DNA from: the human T2T-CHM13v2.0 reference genome, Homo sapiens
DNA length: 64,000 bases
Assembly (NCBI RefSeq): GCF_009914755.1
Contig: NC_060933.1
Strand: one strand, 5' to 3'
The position numbers and the translations under genes were made by a program. Of the stretch, positions 16,671 through 32,971 are shown piece by piece (the first letter of the stretch is position 1; every line of letters begins with the position of its first letter). The notes under the pieces are model-generated. The model was not told where the DNA came from. It did no database searches and was given only the letters and a program-made list of their open reading frames with translations.

Positions 16671-19565
16671 AAAAAAATTGGACAAAATAATGGAGTGAGA
16701 GGGCTGGGGCGGGCTGAGGGAGGAGAGAGTTGAGACCCAAGGGTGCTGGGGCAGTCCGGGCCAGGAGCCTGGCTTAGGCAGGTGCAGGCAGGGGCTGCAC
16801 CTGGGGAGCCCAGCTGGGATGATCACTGTGGGCATCTCTCCACTGCAGGCTTTCAATGTCCACCCAAATCTGTAATTCCTGACAAGTGGAAAAAGTGATT
16901 TGCCGTATGGCAGGTAGAGCATAATCCTGTTTTTGTAAAATATATAATATGCCTTGTATATCATTTCTGCGTCTTGAACAGACATTGGCTGTAAGTGTGT
17001 ACAGGACCGGGAAAAACATCATGGGTTGGGGAGAAAGGCTGGAAGCCCGTTTGCCAGCCATGTGCTGTGGTGATGCCTGTGCCGTGAGGCTGGGCAGGCC
17101 GCTGTGGTGCTGCTGTTTCCAGCTTGTATTTGCATTTTGTTTCACTTTGACGGTGTGTGTGGATTCCAGGTGGGCAAAGGCAAAGGCAGGTCGTTCATGA
17201 AGCTGGAGTCAGCTTCAAGTCTGGCAGATGGGAGTGAAGCAGGTGCAGACAGGGGCCCGTGGTTCTGACACCCGTGATCTCTAACCCACCTCCAATTGGG
17301 ACAGGATATTCAAAATCAGGAATGTTCTGGAAACCACCCCATATATAGGCACTGTTGTGGAACTGGTGTCCAGACTTTCAGCCCCTGGGCATCTCCGTGA
17401 CCTCTGCCCTCGGGATGCAATTGTCTGGTTGTTACTAGACACCTGCCAATCCCTGCAGTCCCACTGGGCTTAGCAGCTCAGGGCTGGGAACCAGCTCCCC
17501 AGGCCCTGCAGGCTCCTGGCTTGTCTTCTGACCTTGGACTGCTCAGGGAAACCCTCATCTTCAGGCAACTGTTCAAGGACCCTGCCTTACCTTTCATAAG
17601 GTGGCTCATGTGGGGCCCTCATGTCTGGGCCAGCTGTAGGATCCAGACTGGGACTGTGATGCTCAGGGCCTGGTGGTGCCCCTTCAACCCCAGCAGGGTG
17701 ACCTGGGGTTCAAACCCTGCCTCTCTGCATCCTGCCTTGATTTCCCATCTGTGACAAGAGGCCTGAGGCTGCCTGGAGCCCATGTCTCCCTGGAGGTGGT
17801 TCCGCTTGGCACCCAGCCTCTGCGGGCGGCGGGGAGGAGCCGAGGTGGTGGCGAGAGTGTACAATCAATTCAGAGAGAGAGTAAACACTCTTCAGGCGGC
17901 AGCTTGGCTTGTCGTTGAACTCGGTTGGGTTAGACGGTTCAGCGAAGGACTGAGGTTACCTCCCCTTTTCCCTCTTCAGTTCCGCTGGGAAAGTCCAGCC
18001 ATGCTGAGAAGCCAGAGACACAGGACTGGTGGCAAAGGGGGATGTGGGACCCGAAGTTCCTGAGTGGGCACCAGGGACCCCTGGGGGTTCCCAGGCTCTG
18101 GGATTTTACACCGATCCTGTTCTGGGGATTCCCTCAGAATTTCGTGACTGCCATGTTGCCCAGTGGCTCCGCTGTGGCCCACTAACAAGAACAGCAAACG
18201 TTTATCGAGCATTTGCTACGGGCTCATTTGCTATTGAGCGCTGTTATTAACGGCTTCATGTGTATTTTCTTGTTTAATCAATAGCCGTTTAATTCCCCAA
18301 TGGTTATTGAATGGCTCAGATCCCACAAGCCAAAGACACGGCACTGAGCAAGCCAGACCTGATCCCCACCCCCTGGAGCGCTCCCCGCGGGGGCAGCGCT
18401 CCCCCAGCCTCGTGTTTTCAGATGAAGAAGCCAAGGACTCTGAGGTCAGAGAATAGAAGGAGATTGCACAGCGCCACTACATGGCAGACAGCTAACATCT
18501 AGACACAAGCATGTCCAGGCTCAAGACAGACTCAGCCACCGAGCTGTCCCTAGCCCTGGCCCGGTGGCTGCCTCATTTCTGGTTCCAGCTCTGACTTGAG
18601 CCCACCTGGAGCTCAGGTAGCCTGTATGATGGAGCGATCCCACGGGACTCCCCTTTGAATTGAAGGTTCTTTGATGGGTGGTGGCTCCCTGCTCTGCCAC
18701 TCAAGTCAGTGATTTCCAGCTCCAAGGGGGACCCCAATGGCAGGCAGCAATGTAGGCAGGAGGGGGAGGACAGAGGCACCTGGCTGCAGAGGAGGAGCTG
18801 GAGCAGCTGCAGCAGCTGCAGCCAGCCCAGGGCCCTGGGAAGGAGGGACTGGTACAAATGGTGAGGGGGACAAGAGGTGGGGACAGACTGAGCTGCAGCC
18901 CCACAGGGGGCAGGTGGGCTGCCGGTGGCTCTGAGAGAAGCACAGGCACCCGCAAGTCCCAGCCACGCCCCCTCCCTGCCTCCCGCGGAGCCTGCTCCAC
19001 GTGCCCATTCCTGGAAGGCAGGCAGGGGGTGGGAGCTATTTTCTCCTTCCACACATGGGGAAACTCAGGTGCGGAGCCTGGAGAGTGGCTGGCTTCAGAC
19101 TGTGCAGCAAATCTGGGGCAGAATCTGGATTTGAGGAGGAATGAGATCATCCCTTTATGGTGCTTGGAGCGGGAGGGGCCTCCGCCCCCACCCTCCACAC
19201 AACCATTAAGAGAAGCGGGGCCCAAACCTGACCCAGCATCTCACAGGAGAACCATTTAAGACAGGGTTCCCCAGCCCCACCACTGAGAGCTTTGGGACCG
19301 GGAGGCTTGGGGTGAGGTCCAGAAGGCTGTGTCTTTGCAAAGCTCCTCAAGTGAGCTGGAAAGGTGGAAGCTGCTGCATCCATGGAGATGGATGACTGTA
19401 ACCTGTTGGAACCTCAGTTTTCTCATCTGCAAAATGGAGAAATAGTAATGACTTCAGCTGCCTGTTGTGAGGAGTCGATGAAATGCTATATTCAAAGAGC
19501 TTATCCCAGTGTCTCATTCCTCTGGTTAGACGGTGGGAGAGGGAAGTGGGGGAGGCTTGGGGTCA

Positions 19566-19862
<297 letters not shown>

Positions 19863-21238
19863 ATTCAAATGAATAATAAAAATAATGAGAAGAAGATAAT
19901 GTACATGGGTACCTATGGTACCAGCGGAAGCGATAGGGAAGGGTGTGGCCTGGGGAGAAATGGAGACAGCAGGCGCCTCACAAGACAGTGGACCAAACAT
20001 TCCAGATCTTCTGCGGTTACAAAGGAAGGTGCACAGAAGTATCTATGTAAAGTCTCTTGCTTTCAAAAATATTGGCACCTACTTCAAAAAGTTGTTTAAA
20101 CTCTGTGCAAGGAAAACAAAATACCCCTGCAGCCCAGGGCAGCTCACGAGCTGCCAGGGAGCACCCCTGCTCTGAAATGCTCAGTGTCCTCCTGCAGCCG
20201 TGGTAGCAGCTGCATTCGATGGGCCCAAGGCAGGGCCAACACACTGGAGCCAGGGCAGGGGCAAGATAGCAAAACAGCCCAGCCAGCTCTGCCCACTCCA
20301 GACCTGGGAGTCAGAGGGAAGGGGGCATCATCCCACGCAAGTTCCTCTGCCCAGAAAACCCAGGAAGCTCCAGGAAGGCAGCCCAGCGGGTCCTTTGCCA
20401 GCAGGAACAGGAAAGGAGGAATGAGTTCCCCATTCCTGGAGGTATTCAAGCCCAGTGGGTGGTGTTTGTGGGAGATGATGAAGGGAGGTCCTTTGCACCA
20501 AATTAAGGTCTTGTGTGCCCATTCTGTTCAAAAGGAATAAATGTGGATTAAGGGAACAGGAAAGGCAGGTACCATTTATTGGGAACCCATGGGTTACGTG
20601 CCAGGCATTGCATCCTCACCCCCTTTCTGCCCAGGAGCAGGCTGAAGTCCTTGAGCGAGAGGAAACCCGTGAGTTCCAAGAGGCTGAGCTGGGCCTGGAC
20701 GGGCAGATCTGAGCTCCAGACTGGCCAAGCCCGGCTCCTGCAGACCCAGCTTCCCCAGACCCTGTGGGGGTCTAGCTGCTCTATGTCCCTGGGCCTCCCC
20801 CAACCTGTTTTTTCCTCAACACCCTCCCCTCTTTCTTGCCTTCTTGTTTTCTTCCATAAACGTCCTGTCCCTATTGATCGCCCCGTAACTGGAGATGGAC
20901 GGACACCGGACTAGAATAGAAACAGCAGAGGGAAGAAAACCATGGAGGGTGGGCAGGTGGGCGCGGGGAGGGGAGTGCAGAGACAGGCGATTTCAGCCAC
21001 CCTATTCCTGTACCCACCCTCCCTGCATCTCTTTCTCAGCTGCTCTACAGGAAAAACAGGGGCAAGAAGGGAATTCTGTGATGTTATTCTGCCTGCACTG
21101 ACTCCTTGAAACTCTGGGAAGGCAGAGACAACTCCCTCAGCAATATTAACTGTCATTCACTGAGAATTCCCATAGCCCAGGTAGCATCCCGAGTCCTTTA
21201 TGTGCATTTCCTCATTAAGTCCTATCCTGTGAGGATCA

Positions 21239-22526
<1,288 letters not shown>

Positions 22527-22659
22527 CTAACCTGTCTTTGCCTCCTTCCCACCTCCACAAAATGGAGACAATCACCCTGGAGTTTAAGTGAGACCATCCA
22601 GAGAGAGGAGCCACAACTGTCAGGGATACAGAGAAAGAACAGCAGATCACAGAGGGCCT

Positions 22660-22840
22660 GGAGGTTCTTCTACTGGGGCCTATGGGCTCTTAGGAGCGCA
22701 AAGGGTGGGTTTCAATCATCCATGGACTCCCTGAAATATATGCTAAGTGTTGTGTGTGTGCAGTCAGTTGGTGAGAGCCCCTAGTTTTTGTTCCATTCTC
22801 AAAGGGGGTCCATGATCCCAAAATATTTGGAGAGTCCCTG
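22660..22840. mobile_element. hAT-Charlie MITE (MER103C-like)
   Basis: CCCTGAAATATATGC...TTCTCAAAGGGGGTCCATGATCCCAAAA. Confidence 0.45.
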
Positions 22841-22868
22841 GAAAGGCAGCTTTGTGTTCTGCTTTTCA

Positions 22869-23336
<468 letters not shown>

Positions 23337-23737
23337 TCAGCCTCCACTGAGAAGTGCCGGTGTTGGGAAGGGGCCAGACTATGCTGAAGAGTTGGGGGGT
23401 GGTGGGGTCCACTGCCAAGGCAGGTGGTTGACCCCTGGACCTGCGGTCTCCTCTGGTCTTTGGCTCTGCTCCACTGCTGGGTGGGGCGGAGAGGGCAGGA
23501 GGGGCATCTCGGCCTTGGCCAGGGTCACAGGAGGCTTGGGGAGCCCTGCAGGTGCTTGGGAGAGAGTCACGCACAGCAACGCCTTCCCAGCAGCACTAGG
23601 CAGAATCGGGGTTCCCTCTTCTCTTGCCTAAGAAGGCATTTCCTCTGCGAGCTTTCTCGCCATCATATTAATTCACTCAACAGATGTTTTTTCTCAGACC
23701 TTGCAGGGATGAATTAACACATATTTCTAATGGGCAC

Positions 23738-24610
<873 letters not shown>

Positions 24611-24699
24611 CCCAGGGCAATATGGGAGTGGAGCTGGGAACCAACCTGAGACCTGGACCCAGGGGTCAGGGAAGGCCCTCCAGGGAGGGGGGCTTTGAA

Positions 24700-25210
24700 G
24701 GAGAAACCTGAAGGGGGAACGGGGGCACGGCATTTGTGGCAGGGGGACAGCAGGCAGGACAGGTGCAGTGCCTTCTAAGGACTCAGTGTGATGTGGCTGT
24801 GGTGGGTGAGTAAGATTCCAAAGAAGAGCAGGCAGGGCCAGATCACGCCAGCCCTGCAGCCCCGGGAGGAAGTTGGTTTTGGTTGAAGTTTGGTAGGAGG
24901 GCTACAGGCAGGGGAGAGGTGTGATCTGATTTCCGGTGTTTGGAAATCTGAGTTGGGGGTGGCGGTGCTGGAGGCCTGCAGGAGACTGGGCGGGCCCTAC
25001 CAAGACTGACAGCAGCCTGGCCGGGTTCTGGCAGGGACAGGGGCTGTGATGTGGGCCGCCTGGAGGTGGTCTTTGGTGGCAGTGTTGCTGAGTAGCTGAT
25101 GGGAGCAGGCGGTGGGAGGCATCATGGAGGACTCCCAGGCATCTGGCTTTGAGACACTGGGTGGATGGAAATTTTGCCTTGTCAAATGGGGACAGAGGTG
25201 AGGGGATTTT
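24700..25210 (-). mobile_element. L2 fragment
   Basis: GCAGGGCCAGATCACG...TTGGTTTTGG...GTGTGATCTGATTT; GGACTCCCAGGCATCTGGCTTTG. Confidence 0.5.
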
Positions 25211-25224
25211 CTGGAGGGGAATTT

Positions 25225-25785
25225 TTTTTTTATTTCTTAATTTTTTATTTTTATATTTTCATACAGCAAAGTGGACCTTTTGGGGGTACAATTCTAGGAA
25301 TTTTAGCACGTGGATAGAGTCATGCAACCACCACCACAGCCTGGGCCCACAACAGCCCGTCTCTCCAAGAACTCCCGTCCCGAGACCCCTGGAAGCCCCC
25401 ATCCTGCTCCCTGAAAATCTGCTGTAAGTGGAGTCGTGCGGCAGGTGGCTTTTTCAAGGGGTCTCCTTCGTTCTCACTGTGCCTCTGAGGCTTATGGCGT
25501 GGCCGCCTGCGTGGCTCGGGCTCCTCACTCCTGAGTAGGACTGTGCCGTGTGCACTGCACACCGTGGTCTGTTTACCCATTCTCCGTGGAAGGACGTTTC
25601 GGTGGCTCCCAGTCTGGGGCGATTATGAGTAGAGCTGCTATAAACATTCGTGGAAAGGTTTTTGGGTGAACATAAGTTTTCGCTTCTCTTGGGTAAACAC
25701 CCAGGTGTGGACGGCTGGGTCGTCTGGTGAGCGTGTTTAACTCTATGAGAAACTGCCAGGCCGTCTTCCAGCGCGGCTGTGCACT
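25225..25785 (-). mobile_element. Old L1M (L1MB/ME) 3' fragment
   Basis: GTACAATTCTAGGAATTTTAGCAC...GTTTACCCATTC...GCTGCTATAAACATTCGTG...GAGAAACTGCCAG. Confidence 0.8.
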
Positions 25786-26480
25786 GGAGGAAGCCTGACT
25801 TCTATTTTGGACCTGTTGGTTGTGAGCGTTTTGGAGGCATCCGGAGCATTTGGGCCTCTGAGTGTGAAGCGCAGGCGAGACTGGGCGCGGGGAGTCCTGA
25901 GCTCCGCGGTGACGATGACGCCCGCCGTGGGGGCGTGCGAGACTTCCGAGAGGAGAGCCGGGGAGCCGGGCGGGCTGCAGCCCTGAGATCAGAGACAGGG
26001 GGAATCTGGCAGGGCGGTGCCCCAAAGCCACGCGGGAGCGGTTCCTGCAGGGCAGCGGCCACCTGTGTCCATGCTGCGGCGGGTCCAAGTGGAGGAGGCC
26101 AGCGTGGGCCCATGGACCTGGGAAGATGGAGGTCACAGTAGACGCACCCAGAGCAGAGCCCGGGAGTCCGGGATGAAGGCCGTCGTGGGGTGGTTTCAGG
26201 GGTGAATGCCAACACTTTTAAAAGAGTGAAATAGGGGTAAAAAAGAGGGGGTGTAGGCAAGCTTTTGAAAACGTTTTGCTCGGAAGGGGAGCAGAGAGAT
26301 GGGGTGTGAGCTGCTGGGGGAATGGGGAGGGGAGAGGGCTCTTCCTGAAAGGCGGGAGGCGCGGCAGCGTTGGCGTTGGGATGGGAAGAATCCACCAGGA
26401 CTGAAGATAGCTGTGGGGAGGGCGGGAGGGACGCTGGGGACAGGAGCCGAGGAAGTGATCGGGGTGGGCGGAGAGCTGAC
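25430..26480. promoter_or_regulatory. Intronic CpG-rich island
   Basis: Dense CpG/CGCG (e.g. 25870-26190) in the middle of the 28-kb intron. Confidence 0.65.
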
Positions 26481-28415
26481 AGGACAGAGGGCCCACCAGC
26501 ATGTGTAAGGAGGAAAGGCTGACTGATTTCATATTTAGGTCAGAAACCCTGCTTCTAACACCTTCTAGAGACTCCATGTCCATCTTGACAACCCAGGGTG
26601 GCCCACCCTGGTGGCTCACAGAAGTCCCTTTGTCCTGAGTAAAGAGTGGCACATCACGGTGCCAGCGAGCAGCCTGCCTGAGATTCCAGCTCTTTCCATT
26701 TGCTCTTTTCTGGCAAGTCTCTTCCATTTCTCCAGGCCTCAGTTTCCCCACCTGTAAAATGGGATCCCGCTCTTGTAAAGATTGTCTGAGACTTGCCCGC
26801 TCAAGTCCCAGTACTCAGGAGGTGCCTGAGGAAGGGGAGCCATTGATCCCTTGAAGGAGTCGGTATTTTGTCACCTGAACACACAGACCATGTTCCTCCG
26901 TCACTCGCCTGGGGCTGAGTGGAATTCCTTGGCTTTATCTCCAGCTCTGTCCTCTGTCCCTTCATCAGTCAACAGTCATGCAGGAATGAGAAGCTCAGTT
27001 CATAGTAGGTATAGCCAAAGGTACTTTGGAGGAGAGTGCTGCTGCCAACAGCGGACGGGGGACTGAGCCCCACCCAGTTCTGCCTGGGCCACTCCCTCTG
27101 GGTCTGTGGCCATGACACCCGGCAGGCTCCTGTCCCCCCGACCCCAGCTCTGTGGCTTGCTGGGCCTCACCAGCTGCGATTGGGCAGGACAGATGGGGTT
27201 GGAGAGGGGAAGTTGAGTGGGGAGAGGACAGGCCACATCCAGGCTCATCCTCAGGCCTTGTTCTGCCCCTGGGCTGGGCTGCCTCCCTCCACATCTCAGC
27301 AGAGGGAGCGTGGGGTGGGTCATTGTAGAGGATCCCTGGCCCTTCATCCCATGTGAAGCCTGTTTTAGACTCACAGATGCTCCCTTAGATGTACCCGCCA
27401 AGTCACACACACACGCAGCCATTCACTCATCTGTAACATGCCCCTGACTCACACATAAACACACACCTGCCCCACCCACACATGTGAATCCGCTTCCAGA
27501 AGCACCCAGTCATAGACACATCACACTCCACATGGCTGCCTTGCACCCCTGCTCACAGACGCGGACCCACAGGGTGAGCGGAGGCCTCCGCAGCAGCCCG
27601 GGGTTCACCAGAGGCCTTGGCTTGACTGCCCTGGGCTCAGGGCTTCTCTGTGCTTCTCCCCCATGTTGAGGCACCCACTTCATGCTTGGGTTCCTGGAGG
27701 CCTCTTTCCACTCTGTGGGACAAAGCCCCCTCTGGGCTTCTAACCATCCCTCCATCCCACTCTCAGCCTGAACTAGGTCCCAAGGTGGACCCCCTATCAG
27801 CAGCCTTGCCCCCTAGAAGAGAGGTGCAGGCTGGCGTCAGGATTTGGTTTCGGGACATGACTGGCCTCCCTCCCTCCCTTCAGTCTTGCCCTTTCTGTAG
27901 TTTTTTGTCCCTAAACACAAACCCAGTCACTTCTCTGCACAATATCTCTAGTGGTCTTCTACTGACCTTAGACTCAAGTCTGTGCTCTGTGACCACAGAC
28001 TTTCCCTCTCACCTCCTTCTGTAGCCTGGGCTCTGAGACTCCCAAGATCAGCCACCCCAAAGGCTGGGTCTCTCGGGCTGGCCTAGGGGCTAGTCCTTCT
28101 GCCTGGAACATGACCTAGCCCTCCCCAGCCTTCCTGTCTGGCAAACTCCTCACCCGTCAGGACTTGGCTCAGAGAGCACCTCTCTGGAGCTCCTGAAGGC
28201 TGGAGACCTGTGCAACCAGCCCCTCGGTCCCCTTCTCCAGCCTTGGCGGCTTGTGACAATTCCACAGCCTTGCCATAGCTACCATAGCTATGCACGTACA
28301 CGTCTGACACCCGCCCCCATAGGCTCTGAGCTCCAAGGGAGCAGGGATGGGGTCTGGCTTGTTCTCACCTTAGCACCAGCACCCAGAACCAGGTAGGCGT
28401 GCTGTATATGTGTGG

Positions 28416-28462
28416 AATTCATTCATTCATTCAGTCAGTCAGTCATTCATTTATTCATTCAT
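28416..28462 (+). repeat. (TTCA/TCAG)n tract at an L2 3' end
   Basis: ATTCATTCATTCATTCAGTCAGTCAGTCATTC; L2-like sequence upstream (about 28320-28410). Confidence 0.7.
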
Positions 28463-29540
28463 GAACAAATGAACTTACATGAACAAAGAAGTCTTACTAT
28501 CTGGAACTCTTTCCAGAGAAGAAAGAGACTGGAATATAGGCGCTAGGAGGCAGAGAGGCAGGACCAGCTGGGCTTGCTAGCACCCACCCTTGTCGCCTCC
28601 CACCCTTCCACCATCACACCCTGCTCCTTCTCCTGTTTTCCTTGTGTGAGAAATGGGCCTCTCTGGGCTACCACCTGGGCCTGGTCCTTCCCTCGGGGGT
28701 GTTGGGCCTTCCTGCAGGGGAAGAAGAAACCTTGCTGAAGTCAGCTAGGCTGCTTAGGCTGGGGGTGCCTTCGCAGGCCCTGGTCATACCCACCGTGTCA
28801 CCCCTAAGCCGCACACCCAAGCCTCCCAGCACCCGCCCGTCAGCCTCTGTGTTGTGTGCAAGGAAGCTGCCTCTGGCTTTGTAATGGGTAATAGGATTTA
28901 TCAATAGACTGAGGAGGTGAGGTATGTTAAAGCACTTAATAGAAAAGGGCTTCGCACAGAAGCCCAAATTTGATTTAGCCAATGAACTCAATTGCCGGCC
29001 TGATTGCGTTCCAGGAGGCGCAGCAGCCAGCATTTGTCCATGTTACCCTGGAAAAGCCAGGCTGCGCCAGGCGACCAACCCAGACCACCCAGACCTCCCC
29101 TCTGCCCCCACGGCTCTGTTGTTGGTTCCTCGCTTTCTCAGGATCTCAGGTTTGAATGGCAGTCCTTTGACCCAAACAGTCCCAAGTTCTCCAGCATCCA
29201 ACAGCCTCCTTCCCTCTAGTGCCCAAGGCTTCCCCATCCCATGAATTAGCTAGAAGTGCAGTTTGCTACCATGTTCCTTTCACCATGATCCTCAAATCCG
29301 TGTGTCCCCTGGTCACTTGTCACCTCTTACTCAAGCTGGCCTCTGCAGGCTTCCCTCCTGACCATTTGTTTCTTCTCTGGCTGCTGCCCATCTCCCCACA
29401 CTGCTTGCCTGAGCCAAGGACACATCTCTCCCAACCCCCCAAAGAAGACCAAGATCCCCAGGCCACAGTGTTTCATGACGTCTTGACTCAGGCCTGGGCA
29501 TAGCAGATGGGAATTACCATGTAGAAAAGAAGGACTTGAG

Positions 29541-29833
29541 GCCGGGCACAATGGCTCATGCCTGTAACCTCAACAATTTGGGAAGGCAGATCACCTGAGG
29601 TCGGGAGCTCAAGACCAGCCTGGCCAACATAGTAAAACCCTCGTCTCTACTAAAAATACAAAAATAAATTAAAAATTAGCCAAGCATAGTGGTGCATGCC
29701 TATAATCCTGGAAACTCAAGAGGTTGAGGCAGGAGAATCACTTGAACTTGGGAGGCGGAGGTTAAAGTGAGCTGAGATCGTGCCACTGCACTCCAGCCTC
29801 CAGCCTGGGCGATGACAGAGTAAGACTCCATCT

Positions 29834-29860
<27 letters not shown>
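29541..29860 (+). mobile_element. AluS, 16-bp TSD, long pure A tail
   Basis: TSD AAAAGAAGGACTTGAG 29525-29540 and 29861-29876. Confidence 0.95.
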
Positions 29861-29866
<6 letters not shown>

Positions 29867-31221
29867 AGGACTTGAGAGGATTTCCATTAGCCATCACCAA
29901 CCTTGAGGCCGTCCATCGTCCATCCATTGGCCACGGCCACCCACCGGCTGGGGAGGAGAAACCTCTTGGCCATGTAAGCCCGCAGCCCCCTCCCAGGGCA
30001 GCATCATTCCTCACTGCAGTCCAGGTCCCCAACCCCAGCTCTGTGAGTCCTCAGAAAGCGAGGGCCCTTGTTGCTTCAGCCTCCTCCTTCATCCTGCAGA
30101 ACACGCCAGCCTCCCTTGTGAGCATCTCCAAGCCACCGTAAGATCTGGGATTTGCTTTAGGTTATTTTGCCCATAACCCAGAGGCTCATGAAAAATGTTT
30201 TTTCCCAAAACAAAAGAACACTCTTCACCCAAAGATAAATGCGCTATCTGGCAAGAGAAATTGGAAAACATTGCTGGCTGTGTTAAAATAGTAGTCTAAC
30301 TTTAGCCCCCAAGGTACCAGAGCTCTGCGAGGCCAGTCTCAGTATACACGACATGTAATAATGTGGGGACGGGTGGTAACATACCAGGAAAGAAGGACCA
30401 GGCAATGTGATTAATGACCAGGAACCCCCATGGTCCTGCAAAGAGGTGCTTTGAGACAAGTTGGGGACTAGCTCTCCCAGCCCAGCACCTGCCCACCCCA
30501 GTTCAGAGCCATTGCCGTGAACACTCTGAAATCCCCGTGGGGCTTTGCCTTTGCAGAGAGCCAGCCCTGGGGCCTCCTCCTCCCTGCCCAGCTCCAGCAC
30601 CATCCCTGGCTCGCTCACCCAAACTCACCGCTTCCTCCGTCATTCCCCGCAAGGAGTGGATGACATCACTCTTTCCGGCAGCCAGGAGTTGACCTACATT
30701 CCACCCGCCCTCCTGTCTGGGAGACTCTCCAAACCCCCCGCTCCTCTCTCCCTGGGAGGAGGGAAGGGCCCCGCTCACGATTTTTGTGGAGTGACGGTGC
30801 CAGGCCCGGGTCCAGATGGTGCCCCCGCAGCAGCTCCCAGGCACTGCCTGCCCCTCCCTGCAGCGCAGGGCACGCTCCTGCCTGGCACGGGCCAGGGCCC
30901 CTGTCATCCTTCATGTGGCTGTCAGGCCCCCAGCTGGGCCTGCCACGTTTCCCAGAGAACTGGTGTTATCTGGGCTGGGCTCTCCCCTGGAGGTGAGGCC
31001 CGGTGCTGCCTACTAACAGTTGTGGTCTCCAGGGGCTTACTAGGGACTCATCCATTCAAGAAAAAGGGAAACTTAGCTGAAAAGGTGGCTGTGGCTCTGT
31101 CCTTGCTGGCAGCAGGGCCAGCTTCCAGCAAGCAAGTGAGTGCGCCCCATGTCAGGCCGTGAGAGAAGTCAGGGTCTGAGCAGAGGGGCCAGACAGCCAC
31201 ACGGGTGAGCCGGGTAGCAGG

Positions 31222-32123
<902 letters not shown>

Positions 32124-32883
32124 TTACTGAATCCTCCAAGAGGCCAGGGGGTGTGTCACCTCTTGGGGCGCCCCAGGGGCCTGGAGAATAGGTTGATTAT
32201 CTCTATTTTGGGGAGCTGCAGGCTCTGAGAGAGGCTCTGGGGTGGGTGTTGGACGGGACAGCATGAATAAGGGGCCCTGCCCTTGGGGTCAGGCACCTCA
32301 GGGCTGCCAGGTAAGGCCGATCTTGGCACCTGGGAGCCCATGTACTCTCATCTCCGTCCCTCCCTCTATCACCTGTTGGCTGTTGACAATAGCAACAATA
32401 ATAATAGCTGACGTTTCCGGAGGGCATGCTCTGTGCCAGACCCAGTGCTGAGCCCTCGAGGGTACCAGCTCAGCTTGCCCTTCCCTGACCCTTGACAGTC
32501 CTGCCACATGGAAACAGCCACTTCCTAGGGTTACAGGACACCGACTGATTCCCCAAGGCTGGTCACCTTCCTGCCTTTGCCTAGCTTGAGGGGTCAGAGG
32601 TTTGAACCCGACTGTCTGGCCACCGCGCTACCTGGTGCTGCAGCCCAGCCGTGACACTCACCGGCCTTTAACCCAGCAGGTGCTCCATGCCGGTTGCTGC
32701 ACACAGAGCTCCCATGCATTATCCCCTTCCTCCCTTGCTTCTTTCTGCAAACATTGAGCACCTACTGTGTGCCAGGCAGTGTGTTAGACATTTACCAAAA
32801 ATTAAACCCAGAGAAGTGACTTGCTCAAGGTCACCTAGCCAATCAGTAGCAAAACCTGGGTAAGAATCTGGCTGCTGACTCAG

Positions 32884-32884
<1 letters not shown>

Positions 32885-32968
<84 letters not shown>
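32885..32968 (+). repeat. Compound microsatellite (CT)n(GT)n
   Basis: About 16 CT followed by about 25 TG units with one TA interruption. Confidence 0.97.
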
Positions 32969-32971
<3 letters not shown>

